64,000 nt of DNA. Source: the human T2T-CHM13v2.0 reference genome, Homo sapiens. Made by a program: the position numbers and the translations under genes. Within the stretch, counting starts at the first letter, position 1. The number at the start of each line of letters is the position of its first letter. Shown in pieces: positions 40,085 through 64,000 of the stretch. The notes under the pieces are model-generated. The model had not been told where the DNA came from and did not search any database. It saw only the letters and a program-made list of their open reading frames with translations. The stretch lies in assembly GCF_009914755.1 (NCBI RefSeq), contig NC_060944.1. One strand, given 5' to 3'.

Positions 40085-40448
40085 CCTGGGAGCTGCTGCG
40101 GGTTCTTCCGGGAATCCGCGCCACTGCGCCTGCGCGCTGAGAAATCAGCCTCTCACTTCCGGACTACAAGCCCCTGAATGCAATGGGCAGCGAAACGCGG
40201 CCGAAGAGCAACTTCGGATGTACGGTTTCGGCAACACTGATCAACGTGTCTTAAAGTCAGTGGCTGTTGTTACTACTGTTATTAATTAATGTTTTAATAA
40301 TAACAGCTAGCATGTATTGAGCACTTATTGTGTACTAGTACTGTACGGAGCATTTAAAATGCATTCTCTCATTCATTTTTTTCAACAACCTTATTAAGTA
40401 TGAAGGCAGGGTAAGCATGAGAAATGTTCAGCCTTTACCATTATTACC

Positions 40449-40909
40449 TAGCAGGACAAGCCGCAGACAAAACTCCTCAGACACCGGGTTAAAGAAGGAA
40501 GGAGCTTTATTCGGCCGGGAGCGTCAGCTGACTCACTTCTCAAAAACGGAGCTCCCCGAGTGAGCAATTCCTGTCCCTTTTAAGAGCTTACAACTCTAAG
40601 GGGGTCCGCGTGAGAGGGTCGTGATTGATTGAGCAAGCAGGGGGTACGTGACTGATTACCGGTGCACCGGTAATCAGAACGGAACAGAACAGGACAGGGA
40701 TTTTCACAATGCTTTTCCATACAATGTCTGGAATCTATAGATAATATAACCGGTTAGGTCAGGAGGGGTCGATCTTTAATTACCAGGCCTGGAATGCATC
40801 GCCGGGCTGTCTGACTACTGATTTCACTTCTGTCTTTCTTTTAACTCCTACATTTTCTTTGAGGCAGAAATTGGGCATAAGACAATATGAGGGGTGGTCT
40901 GCTCCCTTA
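40449..40909 (-). mobile_element. HERV-E LTR2-family solo LTR (ERV1)
   Basis: Minus strand begins TAAGGGAGCAGACCACCCCTCATATTGTCTTATGCCCAATTTCTGCCTC and ends GTCCTGCTA; TATA-like TTAAAA at 40578-40583 and AATAAA at 40506-40511. Confidence 0.85.
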
Positions 40910-41261
40910 TTTAGGGATATTGAGTTTCCCAAACCAGTTACTTGTTGATTGTATAAGACACAACTCACATTTATTTGTCCAAAACTTCCACTCTTTTTTT
41001 TTTAAAACCTCTTGCATTTTCCGATGCTGTCACTCTTGAGGTTTCCTGAAATCCCGTCAGTTCTAGGAATTCATGACACTTCTCTCCTCCCAATTTGGGA
41101 TGTGGTTACACAATCATGGTCCCTTCAGTCTCCATCTCAAACCGGAAGCTTTACCCCTGTCAGCCCTGTAGAATGTCTTGGGTAAGAATGAATACCCTGG
41201 TTGGGCGCGGTGGCTCACGCCTGTAATCCCAACACTTTGGGAGGTTGAGGTGCGTGGATCA

Positions 41262-41532
<271 letters not shown>

Positions 41533-42062
41533 CTATAGCTTTCAGGAGGTTTGTGATCCATTTCTCCATTCCCCTTATTCCCAAGTTTCTAAAATTTGGT
41601 CAGCACCTTAGACCACAGCAACACCCATGACTTTGGTCAGTGTGACATGCGGTAGAACCAACACTGGATTTGAAGTCAGATCTAGGATCCAGTTAATTAC
41701 AACTCTGTCACTCATCTATAACCTGTGTATGTGACCCTCTCCTTCTCTGGGGCTAGCATCCTTGTCTATAAATAATGAGGAGTTTGAACAAATGGATCTT
41801 TAAGATCCTTTTCGGTCGAGCTTTCTATGATTCTAGGATTGGCTATCTCTTATTTGCTGAAAAAGTCAGATGGAAGTGATAGCTCAGTTTGTTGAGCCAG
41901 AGTGCAGCCAGGCCTCCCAAAGTGCTGGGATTACAGGCATAAGCCACTGTACCCAGCCTGGGATGTTTTTAGAAACTCTTCTTGGCCGGGTGCAGTGGCT
42001 CACGCCTGTAATCCCAGCACTTTGGGAGGCCAAGGCGGGCGGATCACGAGGTCAGGAGTTCA

Positions 42063-42875
<813 letters not shown>

Positions 42876-44920
42876 CAGGGACTAAATATTTTTCAGACCT
42901 GGGCCTTTCCCTGTGACGAAATTCACCTTCTCCATATTATAAATCCTATAGCTTATCTTTTTGTCTCCCATTCAAAATTCTAGTGTGGATAAAACTTTTG
43001 CAGGAAGGGTGGGTTCAGGTTGCCTGGATTTGGTAACGATAGGTCTCTCTTTATGAGCAAGATTGAAACACTCATGATTTTCCTTTATATTCTTTTTCTA
43101 GCTTGATGTCATTCTCCACACTGTCACTGAACAAATAAAACCATGACTTACGTTTTCACAATTCATGTGACTATATGTTCTCTAATGAGAATAAAAAAAT
43201 TGTTTTACCCTCTGGAAAGTATCAGGACTCTTCTTTCTCTCACTCTGTGTTTATGATATTGGATTCTAGAAGGTTATGACCCACCAGTGAAGTGTCACAC
43301 TTGAGCATTTACTTGTGAAGAGACTCAGGGTAAGTTGCCTACCTCTCTGAGACTCAATTTCCTATTGTAAAATACAGAAATTGATGAGGCCATAAAGGAA
43401 TTCTGGGAATTAAATGGGATAATGAAAGTGAACATTCTCAGCACAGTGACTGGTATATATTAAATTCTTGATACATATTAATTCTCTTCCCTGCCTCCCC
43501 AACTCTTCTTTTTTTTTTAAGGCAGGGCAGTTGTTTCCATTTACTGAGCATCTGCCCCGAGTCATCCAAGGTGTTATAGGCAATAGTTCCTACCCTCAAA
43601 AGTTTGAGGCACAGTGCTGAGCATATAACTAAGATTCCAAAATAATCAAGTCATAGTCCTTTCCCTTGAAGTGCTTGCAATTTTGTTAGAAGGGGAAGAT
43701 GTCAATTGGAGAATACTTGGAATCATAGGGTGTTCAAGTCTTCCCTGTGGGTGAATAGAGTTTGGAGGGAGCTCAGATCACATCAGTATCTGAGGCCAAT
43801 GTCCTCGGACTCTGTGTTCAGTGGAACAAGACTTGGACTGGTTGTCGGAAACCCTTGGTCTTGTTACTTGTTTATCCACTATCTCTGTGTGATCTCGGGC
43901 AAGTCATTTTCCCTTTTGGGGACTCAGTTTCCATATCTGGAAGATGAAAGAGTGAGACTATCTCTCAGCACAAGGAAAATATTAACAGATCCATACAGTT
44001 ATTGCAAAAAATCAGAAAACAGAATTCAACACACATCGACTGCACAAATTTCCCCCAGAAACATCCATGAAGCAGAATAAAACAGTGGGACAGCATTCCA
44101 AATGGAATTTGACTATTTGCCAACTAAACAAGGAAGAGGAGGGGGATGGGGAGGGGGACAAGAAGAAGAAGGAGAAAATAGTCACGTGTATTGATAATAG
44201 CGAACATTTACATAGCAAGTAATGTTCTTTGTACTTTACATCCATCAACACCATTAATCCTTACCACAACCCTCTGAGAAAGTGTCATTATCACCATTTT
44301 ATAAACCAAAAACCTGAAGCACAGATTCTAAGAATTGAAGAAAGATTTAGCAACTTAATCAATGTCTCATACCGAATAAGTAGAAGAGTCAAGATATGGA
44401 CCCAAACAGCCTATACTCTAACGCATTAATGAAAATAATGACAAATATATAAATAAAAGGCCAACACAGAATTCAACAATGGAGATCTGGCGAACTGCTA
44501 CAGTGTCCTCTAGCTTTAGCTTCATGTGGTTTTAGGGTCAACATTTCCTTCCCTTTTGCTAGAAAGTTAGAGGGAAAAGCTCAGTTCCCTGAAGTTGGAA
44601 GCCAAGGCATTTTAGATCCCCTTTGGCCAAGTACACTCGACCTCTTTTAGCAGGGAAGAATCCTTTTTGTAGCATCTGGAGGTCATTTGGTTCTCCCAAC
44701 TCCCAAAGCAGGGCTTGCACAATACATACTTTTGACTTGCCAAAAAATAAGTTTATCCCTGGGAAATTTCCCATCCATCTGTTGCTTTGTAGAAATGCTT
44801 GAACTTTGCATGCAGTATGTCCAAACATTTCGATCGACTCCCTGGTTAGAGTCTCAGACCTCGTTATTATTATTATTATTATTTGAGATGAGAGTTTTAC
44901 TCTCGTCACCCAGGCCATAG

Positions 44921-45076
<156 letters not shown>

Positions 45077-45619
45077 TAGGCTGGTCTCGAACTCCTGACC
45101 TCAGGTGATCCGCCCACCTCAGCCTCCCAAGGTGTTGGGATTACAGGCATTAGCCACCGTGCCTGACCTTACACTTTTATTCTTATTTTATTTTTCTTCT
45201 TTTTGAGATAGGGTCTCGCTCTGTCACCTAGGCACTATCACCACTCACTTCAGCCTCGACTTCCCAGGCTCAAGTGATCTTTCCACCTCAGCCTCCCAAG
45301 CAGCTGGGACCACAGATGCGTGACACTATGCCCAGCTAATTTTTAATTTTTTTGTAGAGACAAAGTCTCGCTGTATTGCCGAGGCCGGTCTTGAACTCCT
45401 GGGCTCAAGCAATCCTACCGCCTTGGTCTCCCAAAGTGTAGAGATTACAGAAATGAGCCACCACACCTGGCCTCAGACCACGTTTTTATTATGCTCATAT
45501 TCCAAGTGAACTCAGACCTGTAGCTAAATCTGCCACAGAATTGTGCACTTTAAAATGGTTCAGATGGTAAGTTGTGTCACAAGTATTTTGTCACAATTTC
45601 TTAAAAATTAAAAAGTGAG

Positions 45620-48469
<2,850 letters not shown>

Positions 48470-49539
48470 TTACTGGCTGGCGGGGAGAGGGGTGGTTGGT
48501 AAATGGGAAAAGGGTGCTTCCTTTGCTGATATCCAAAGCAGATACTTTCTCTGCCTATTTGATGATACAAAACTAGCCCTACCACACCAGGCTAAGGGAG
48601 AGAAGAGGATCCGTGTCCTACAGAATTCCCCCTATTAGCCTACCTGCCCCATAGCCCCCAAACTCTGCTGCTAATCAACTGTGCCAGGTCAGGAAGAAAG
48701 AAACTGGAGGGAAAGAAGAAGCCTAATAGATTGAAAATCCCTTCAGCAAACATTTTTTGAGAGCCTTATAACTGTTAGTGTCTACTGAATTAAACTTACT
48801 AGTGTTAAGAAAAATTATCTGAAACATGTTACTAAGGTAAAAAGATGATTGTGTGACTTTTTGCTGTCATGATAAAGCATTGACTAGCAAGTCTACTTGT
48901 CATCTGTCCCTGAAGAGAAACGTGACACTATTTTCATATTAATTACGGCCCAGACATTGTACAATTCTGTAAAGTAATAAGATGTGACAATTTCCTTTCC
49001 TGCCTGGTAGAGAAGATAATCCCAAAGGTTATGATATTATTACTCTGTAGGACATTAACCCATTTAGTATTTAATTTAGCAATCTTACTTCAATATTTTC
49101 CTTTTCCATTGACTATAAAAACTCAAGTTCTTTTTTCTTTTTTTTGAGACAGGTCTCACATTGTTGCCCAGGCTGGAGTGCAGTGGTTCGAACACGGCTC
49201 ACTACAGTCTTGACCTCCCACATCCCAGGCTCAAGTGATCTTGCCTCAGTCCCTCAAGTAGCTGGGACTATAGGCATGTGCCACCATGGCCAGCTAATTT
49301 TTGTATCTTTTCGTATAGACGGGGTTTTGCCATGTTGCGCAGGCTGGTCTCAAACTCCTGGCTAAGCGATCCACCCACCTTGGCCTCCCAAAGTGCTGGG
49401 ATTACAGATGTAATCCCACCATGCCCAGCCAAAACTCTAGTTCTTATATTCTATTTTGAACTGGCTTTGTCGTCCTGCTTGTCCCTTCATTAATGAGTTA
49501 AATGAAACTCTGACCCATGCTCACTGTCTATTTCAATGA

Positions 49540-49767
<228 letters not shown>

Positions 49768-50724
49768 TAGACTGGTCTTGAACTCCTGACTTCAAGTGAT
49801 CCATCCACTTTGGCCTCCCAAAGTGCCGGGATTTACAGGAGTGAGCCACTGCGCCTGGCCAAGAATTACATTTTTAACATGCTGACAGTTGTCCTTGACA
49901 CTAAGTGTCAGACCCTGGATTAAGTAATTTATAGACCCATGATACTCCTTTGAGATAGTTTTTGTCCCCATTTTCCAGATGAGAAAGTGAAGGCACAAAA
50001 AGATAAAAGAAATTTTCTCAGTGCCAGTTTTGTGCCAGGAGCTTTACTAAGTTACAGTTTTTTTCTCCTTCCCTCGAAGTCCTGTTTATCTATTCATTGA
50101 TTAAAAAAAAAAAAATCATTGAGTACTTACGATGTGCCAAATACTCTGCTAAGCTGGTAATACAGAACTTTAAAACACATTCTCTGCCCTCTTATGGCTT
50201 TTGGTGTGGAAGACAGATGCATAAATAGACAATTATCATTTAAAGAAGTAAGGGAGGAAAACTCTCTGAACTTATTCTGGTTTGGGGGCTGCCTGCAAAA
50301 AAATTAATTAATGAATTAATTAATTAAAAATTAAAAAAAATAAAAAGAACTAAGGGAAAGAGAGGGCTCCAGTAGAACAGAGGGAGCATCTAACCCTGGC
50401 TTGTGGACATGAAGTCAGGGAAGGCTTCCTGTAGTAGGTGACACCTGAGTATTCTAATAGGAATTAGTAGGGCTGAAGAAGGTGGTGGGAAGCACCTCAA
50501 TTCAAAATTTTGATTCCTTTGTGTATTATGAAAGGCTCTTCTGACTCCTGCTTACCTCCTCATATCACTTCTTCCTTCCTATCACCTACTCCTATTTGGC
50601 CATACTTAAGTATTACTGCTTTCTCAAGTATGTTATATTCTCTCTCCTTTCCTATTATATTCTTTTGTACCTTCTTCACCCTGTACTTGAAACAACTTTT
50701 TCCTCACCCCTACTTGCCCCTTAG

Positions 50725-50949
<225 letters not shown>

Positions 50950-50952
50950 TGA

Positions 50953-53230
<2,278 letters not shown>

Positions 53231-53264
53231 TCAAGACTCAGCAATGGTGGATGCCCTACGACAC

Positions 53265-58086
<4,822 letters not shown>

Positions 58087-58676
58087 AAAAAAAAAAAGTG
58101 AAAAGTTAATATTTATGTGTTCTGTGTTCAGGAAACCAGGAGGAATGGATTTGGCTGAAACTGGAATACATGGATAGATAAGGCTAGAGAGATAGGCAGG
58201 AGCCAAGCCAACAATACTAGGCTCCCATCAATTGCTGGGGCAGGCAAGAGCAGGCATCATCCTGAGTGTTTGGAGCTTCTTTTCATGTTCCCTAAGTTGG
58301 GGGGTGTTGGGGGGATGATACAGGGGGAAATTCTGATTAAGACTTAACATCTATTCCTTTGCCTTCTCTTCAAGAAGTCATACTTGATGTCCATCCCTCC
58401 TGGACAGGGTCCGTTCTGTTTGCTGCTAAGCTCCTTTCTTATCTCTCCCACCTACTGAACACGTACTGTGTTCTGGGAGTTTTGAATGCATCATCTTGTT
58501 TATCCTCATGAGATGGTCTAATAATGAAGAAAGCATGTTTTGGCATCCAACTCACCTGGGTATGAGTCCCAGCTCTGCCTTTTACTAGCTGGATGTCTTT
58601 GAGCAGCTCAGTTCCCTGTTCTGTGCTTCTGTGTCCTCATCTGTAAAATGGGAACGACGGCTATTTCTTCAGACTG

Positions 58677-58855
58677 CCCTCCCTCCCTCCTTTTCTGTCT
58701 CCCTCCCTCCCTCCCTTCCTCCCTCCCTCTTTCCCCCTTCTTCTTTTCTTTTCTTTCTCTCTTTCTTTCTTTTCTTCTTTCCTTCTTTCTTTTTTCTTTC
58801 TCCTTCTTTCCTTCCTTCCCTCCTCTCTCTCTCTCTTTATTTCTGTCTGCCTGTC
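58677..58855 (+). repeat. Polypyrimidine simple repeat ((CCCT)n/(CTTT)n) at the tail of an antisense Alu monomer
   Basis: Almost pure C/T for about 160 bp. Confidence 0.9.
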
Positions 58856-59199
58856 TTTCAACAGGGTCTTGCTATATTACCCAGGCTGGTCTCAAACTCC
58901 TGGACTCAAGCAATCCTCCCAGCTTGGCCCCCCAAAGTGCTAGGATTACAGGCCTGAGCACCTGGCCTGGACTTTCTTCAGACTTTTCACAGGGTACTAG
59001 TGAGAAAAAAATACATGGACTCTGCTTACTTAATACTGTGCCTGGCACATTGTAAGCTCTTCGCACATGTTATTGTTATTATTCCTCATCCTAAGGGGGA
59101 AGTGCCTTTGAAGGGTCCACACTCCTTTGTTACCCAAATTGGGCCAGGTTGCTTAAACTGCCGTTCTTCAGTAGCTAACAACAGGGGTGGGAGAGCCTG

Positions 59200-59560
59200 G
59201 TCCTCTGAAGTCCAGCTGGGCACACGGCCAGTCCCTGGCCTGTCCCTGCTCCTGCTGCCCTGGCAAGGCCTCCCTCACCCACTGGGGCTGCACCAGCACT
59301 GGCCCCAGCTCAGCTTCCTGTCTCCCTTATCTTCCTCCAGCATGTGCTCTCTGGAGTAGGAAACACCACCGCTTGCTTCCTTCATTTCCCTTTGCTCAAC
59401 GGGACCCTCATTCTTTAGGTCTCAGTCAAATCCCAGCTGCTGGCCTGGTGCCCACTCTGTGATTTTCTACACCTCAGCCACCCAGGCCAGATGCAGTGTA
59501 GGCCATGGCTCCAACAGCAGCATTTCTCTTTTCTTCCCCACCCCCATCCCTGGGTTTAGA
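59200..59560. promoter_or_regulatory. Candidate endothelial/haematopoietic enhancer (ETS + GATA + E-box), probably the upstream enhancer of PROCR
   Basis: CTTCCTG 59314-59320, TTATCT 59327-59332, 8-nt spacer, CATGTG 59341-59346, further GGAA cores; non-repetitive island; the gene assignment is from memory of the locus. Confidence 0.6.
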
Positions 59561-60908
59561 ATGAGAAAAGGCTCAAGTTGCCCCCCTCCCAACTTCCCTA
59601 CCCGCAACACTCTTTTTATTTTCTCTGTTCCCAGCTCCATACTTCCATGCTTTTTTTTTTTTTTTTTTTTTTTTTTGAGATGGAGTCTTGTTCTGTTGCC
59701 CAGGCTGGAGTGCAGTGGCAGGATCTCGGCTTACTGCAACCTCCACCTCCCGGGTTCAAGTAAGTCTCCCACCTCAACCTCCTGAGTAGCTGGGATTACA
59801 GGCACGCCACCATGCCCAGCTAATTTTTGTATTTTTAGTAGAGACGGGGTTTTACCATGTTGCCCAGGCTGGTCTCAAACTCCTGACCTCAGGTGATCCA
59901 TCCACCTTGGCCTCCCAGAGTGCTGGGATTACAGGCATGCCCAGTCCCATACTTTCTGAGTTCAAATCCTCGCTCTGCACTTCCAAGCTGTGTGACCTTG
60001 GGCAAGTTACTTAACTATTTTTCTGGGCTTTGATTTTTTTTTTTTTTTTTTGTACAGAGGAGCAGAGGAGGATTCATCAGGTTGCCCAGGTTGGTCCAAA
60101 CTCCTGGGCTCAAGGGATCCTTCTGCCTGGGCCTCCCAAAATGCTGGGATTACAGGCATGAGCCACCATGCCCAGTTTTTTTGGTTGTTGTTTGTTTTGT
60201 TTTGTTTTGTTTGAGACAGGGTCTCTTTCTGTCACCCAGGCTGGGGTGCAGAGGCACAGACATAGCTCACTGCAGCCTTGACCTTTTGACATCCTGGGCT
60301 CAAGCCATACTCCTGCCTCAGCCTCCCAAGTAGATGGGACCACAGGTGTGTACTACCATGCCTGGCTAATTTAAAAAAAATTTTTTTGTAGAGATGGAGT
60401 CTCATATGTTGCCATGCTGGTCACTAATTTACAGGCATGAGCCACTACACCCAGGCAGCTTTATTTTATTTATTTTTTTGTCTGTAGCATGGAAACAATG
60501 AGCATGGTCTGCCCCAGAGAAAGTGATTAAAGGCCTAGCACATAGTATGAATTTAAAGAATGTTTTATAACATATATATTAAACATTCAAGCATGTTGGA
60601 GGTATGTGTTAAAAAAATGTATTGATGGAAAGTGATCAAAATAATTTTTGAGTCACTGTGTGGGAGTTAAATTCACAAACTTTGGCACCAGAGAGAGAGA
60701 GAAACTTTCAAATTATAGCTTTTGCTGTGTGACCTTAGGTAAGTCACTTAACCTCTCTGAGCCTCAGTTTCTTAGTAAAATGGTGATGCTAGTGAAACCC
60801 ATTTCACAGGGCTAGCATAAGAATAAAGTAAGATTATTTAAGTAAAGAGCCGAACACTGTTTCTGGCCTACAATAAGTGTTACCTATAATAATGCTATCA
60901 TTGTCTCA

Positions 60909-61442
<534 letters not shown>

Positions 61443-61529
61443 TCAATCGTACACTCTTTTGCCCTCTCTTATCCATCCCAAAGTACCCTTCAAGCCTTCA
61501 AGGGAGAAAAAAGGCAAAGCAAAAATATG

Positions 61530-62850
<1,321 letters not shown>

Positions 62851-63713
62851 TTACAGCAAGACTCCATCTCAAAAAAAAGAAAAAAAAAAAGAAAAAAGAA
62901 ATGTTTCATAATTTTTAATAAAAGGCAAGACAATATAAATTGGTAGTTATTTAAGTCATTCTACTTTTCCTGAGGCCCAGTGCAGGAAAACAAAGTTCCT
63001 ATCCTTGTTCCAACTAGACCATTTTGATAAGCTGCAAAAAGAAAAGACTTTGATGCTATTTCTTAGCCAGTTTGCAACAGCTGAGAGGTGAGCATGGAAG
63101 CTCTTGCATATATTCAGTTCAGAGAATGGGTGCTTAGTTTATGTCCAGAGTTTGTCCCAGATTTCACTATGACGTCAGCTCTCCGGGGAGAAGTATATAA
63201 AATAAAAAGTTAAAATCCCTCTCAGTCCTTTACCCAATCCTATTCCCCAGAGGTAATCTCTATTGACAGTACCCCTCCAGATATTTTCCCTATGTATATA
63301 CAAATACACAGATACACACTGAAAGTTAATTTTGGCCAGGTGCAGTGGCTCCTGCCTATACCAGAGGATTGCTTGAGTGCAGGAGTTCAAGACCAGCCTG
63401 GGCAACATAGCGAGACCACATCTCTAGTAAAAATAAAAAAAAATAGCTAGGCGTGGTGGCACAGTGGCACGTACCTTTAGTCTCAGCTACTCGGGTGGTT
63501 GAGGTGGGAGAATCACTTGAGCCCGGGAGGTCAAGCCTACAATTAGCTGTGATTGCTTCACTGCACTATAGCCTGGGCAACAGAGCTAGACCCTGTCTCA
63601 AAAAAATAATAATAAATTTTATATATATATATGAGGATGAAATTACATATGTATTATTTGAACAGAAGTGAAATCTTTTCTTTTTTTTTTTCAGACAGAA
63701 TCTTGCCGCATGA

Positions 63714-63956
<243 letters not shown>

Positions 63957-64000
63957 TGACTTTAAAGCTTTTCTACTTGCTTCCTAGAGTAAGGGACGCA

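Larger units (their letters stand above)
39480..40250 (-). promoter_or_regulatory. EDEM2: EDEM2 CpG-island promoter with NRF1 (TGCGCCTGCGC 40125-40135), ETS/GABPA (CACTTCCGG 40154-40162), ZNF143/THAP11-type (ACTACAAGCCCCTGAATGCA, from 40163) and GAS-like TTCCGGGAA (40106-40114) motifs
   Basis: High CpG density around exons 1-2; motifs read directly from the sequence; no TATA box seen. Confidence 0.85.

Noticed and set aside
39636-40124. 162-aa minus-strand ORF over the promoter, exon 1 and intron 1
   Set aside because: Non-ATG start, runs through the intron, typical GC-island artefact
48700-49120. Unique AT-rich stretch with homeobox-like TAATTACGGCC
   Set aside because: Conservation cannot be assessed from this sequence and the motif is too short to support a call

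Overview
Human genomic DNA, very rich in Alu elements. It contains the complete EDEM2 gene (ER degradation-enhancing alpha-mannosidase-like protein 2, GH47) on the minus strand. I resolved 11 coding exons by hand (40027 down to 8198); all introns are GT-AG and the spliced CDS is 1737 nt (578 aa plus stop). The gene has a CpG-island promoter at about 39.5-40.25 kb and a very short 3'UTR. The upstream 24 kb holds a HERV-E LTR2-family solo LTR about 300 bp from the promoter, a full-length young SVA, and an internally deleted L1PA nested in a Tigger3. From memory of the chr20q11.22 locus, this region ends just before PROCR and includes an ETS/GATA/E-box motif cluster at about 59.3 kb. The most interesting sequence-level observation is the start-codon architecture of EDEM2: the main AUG has a very weak context and sits between a 13-codon uORF and an out-of-frame, optimal-Kozak AUG that opens a 56-aa spliced alternative ORF. 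I found no convincing evidence of a wholly new gene system. Repeat family names come from recalled consensus sequences, not a database search, and repeat boundaries are approximate.
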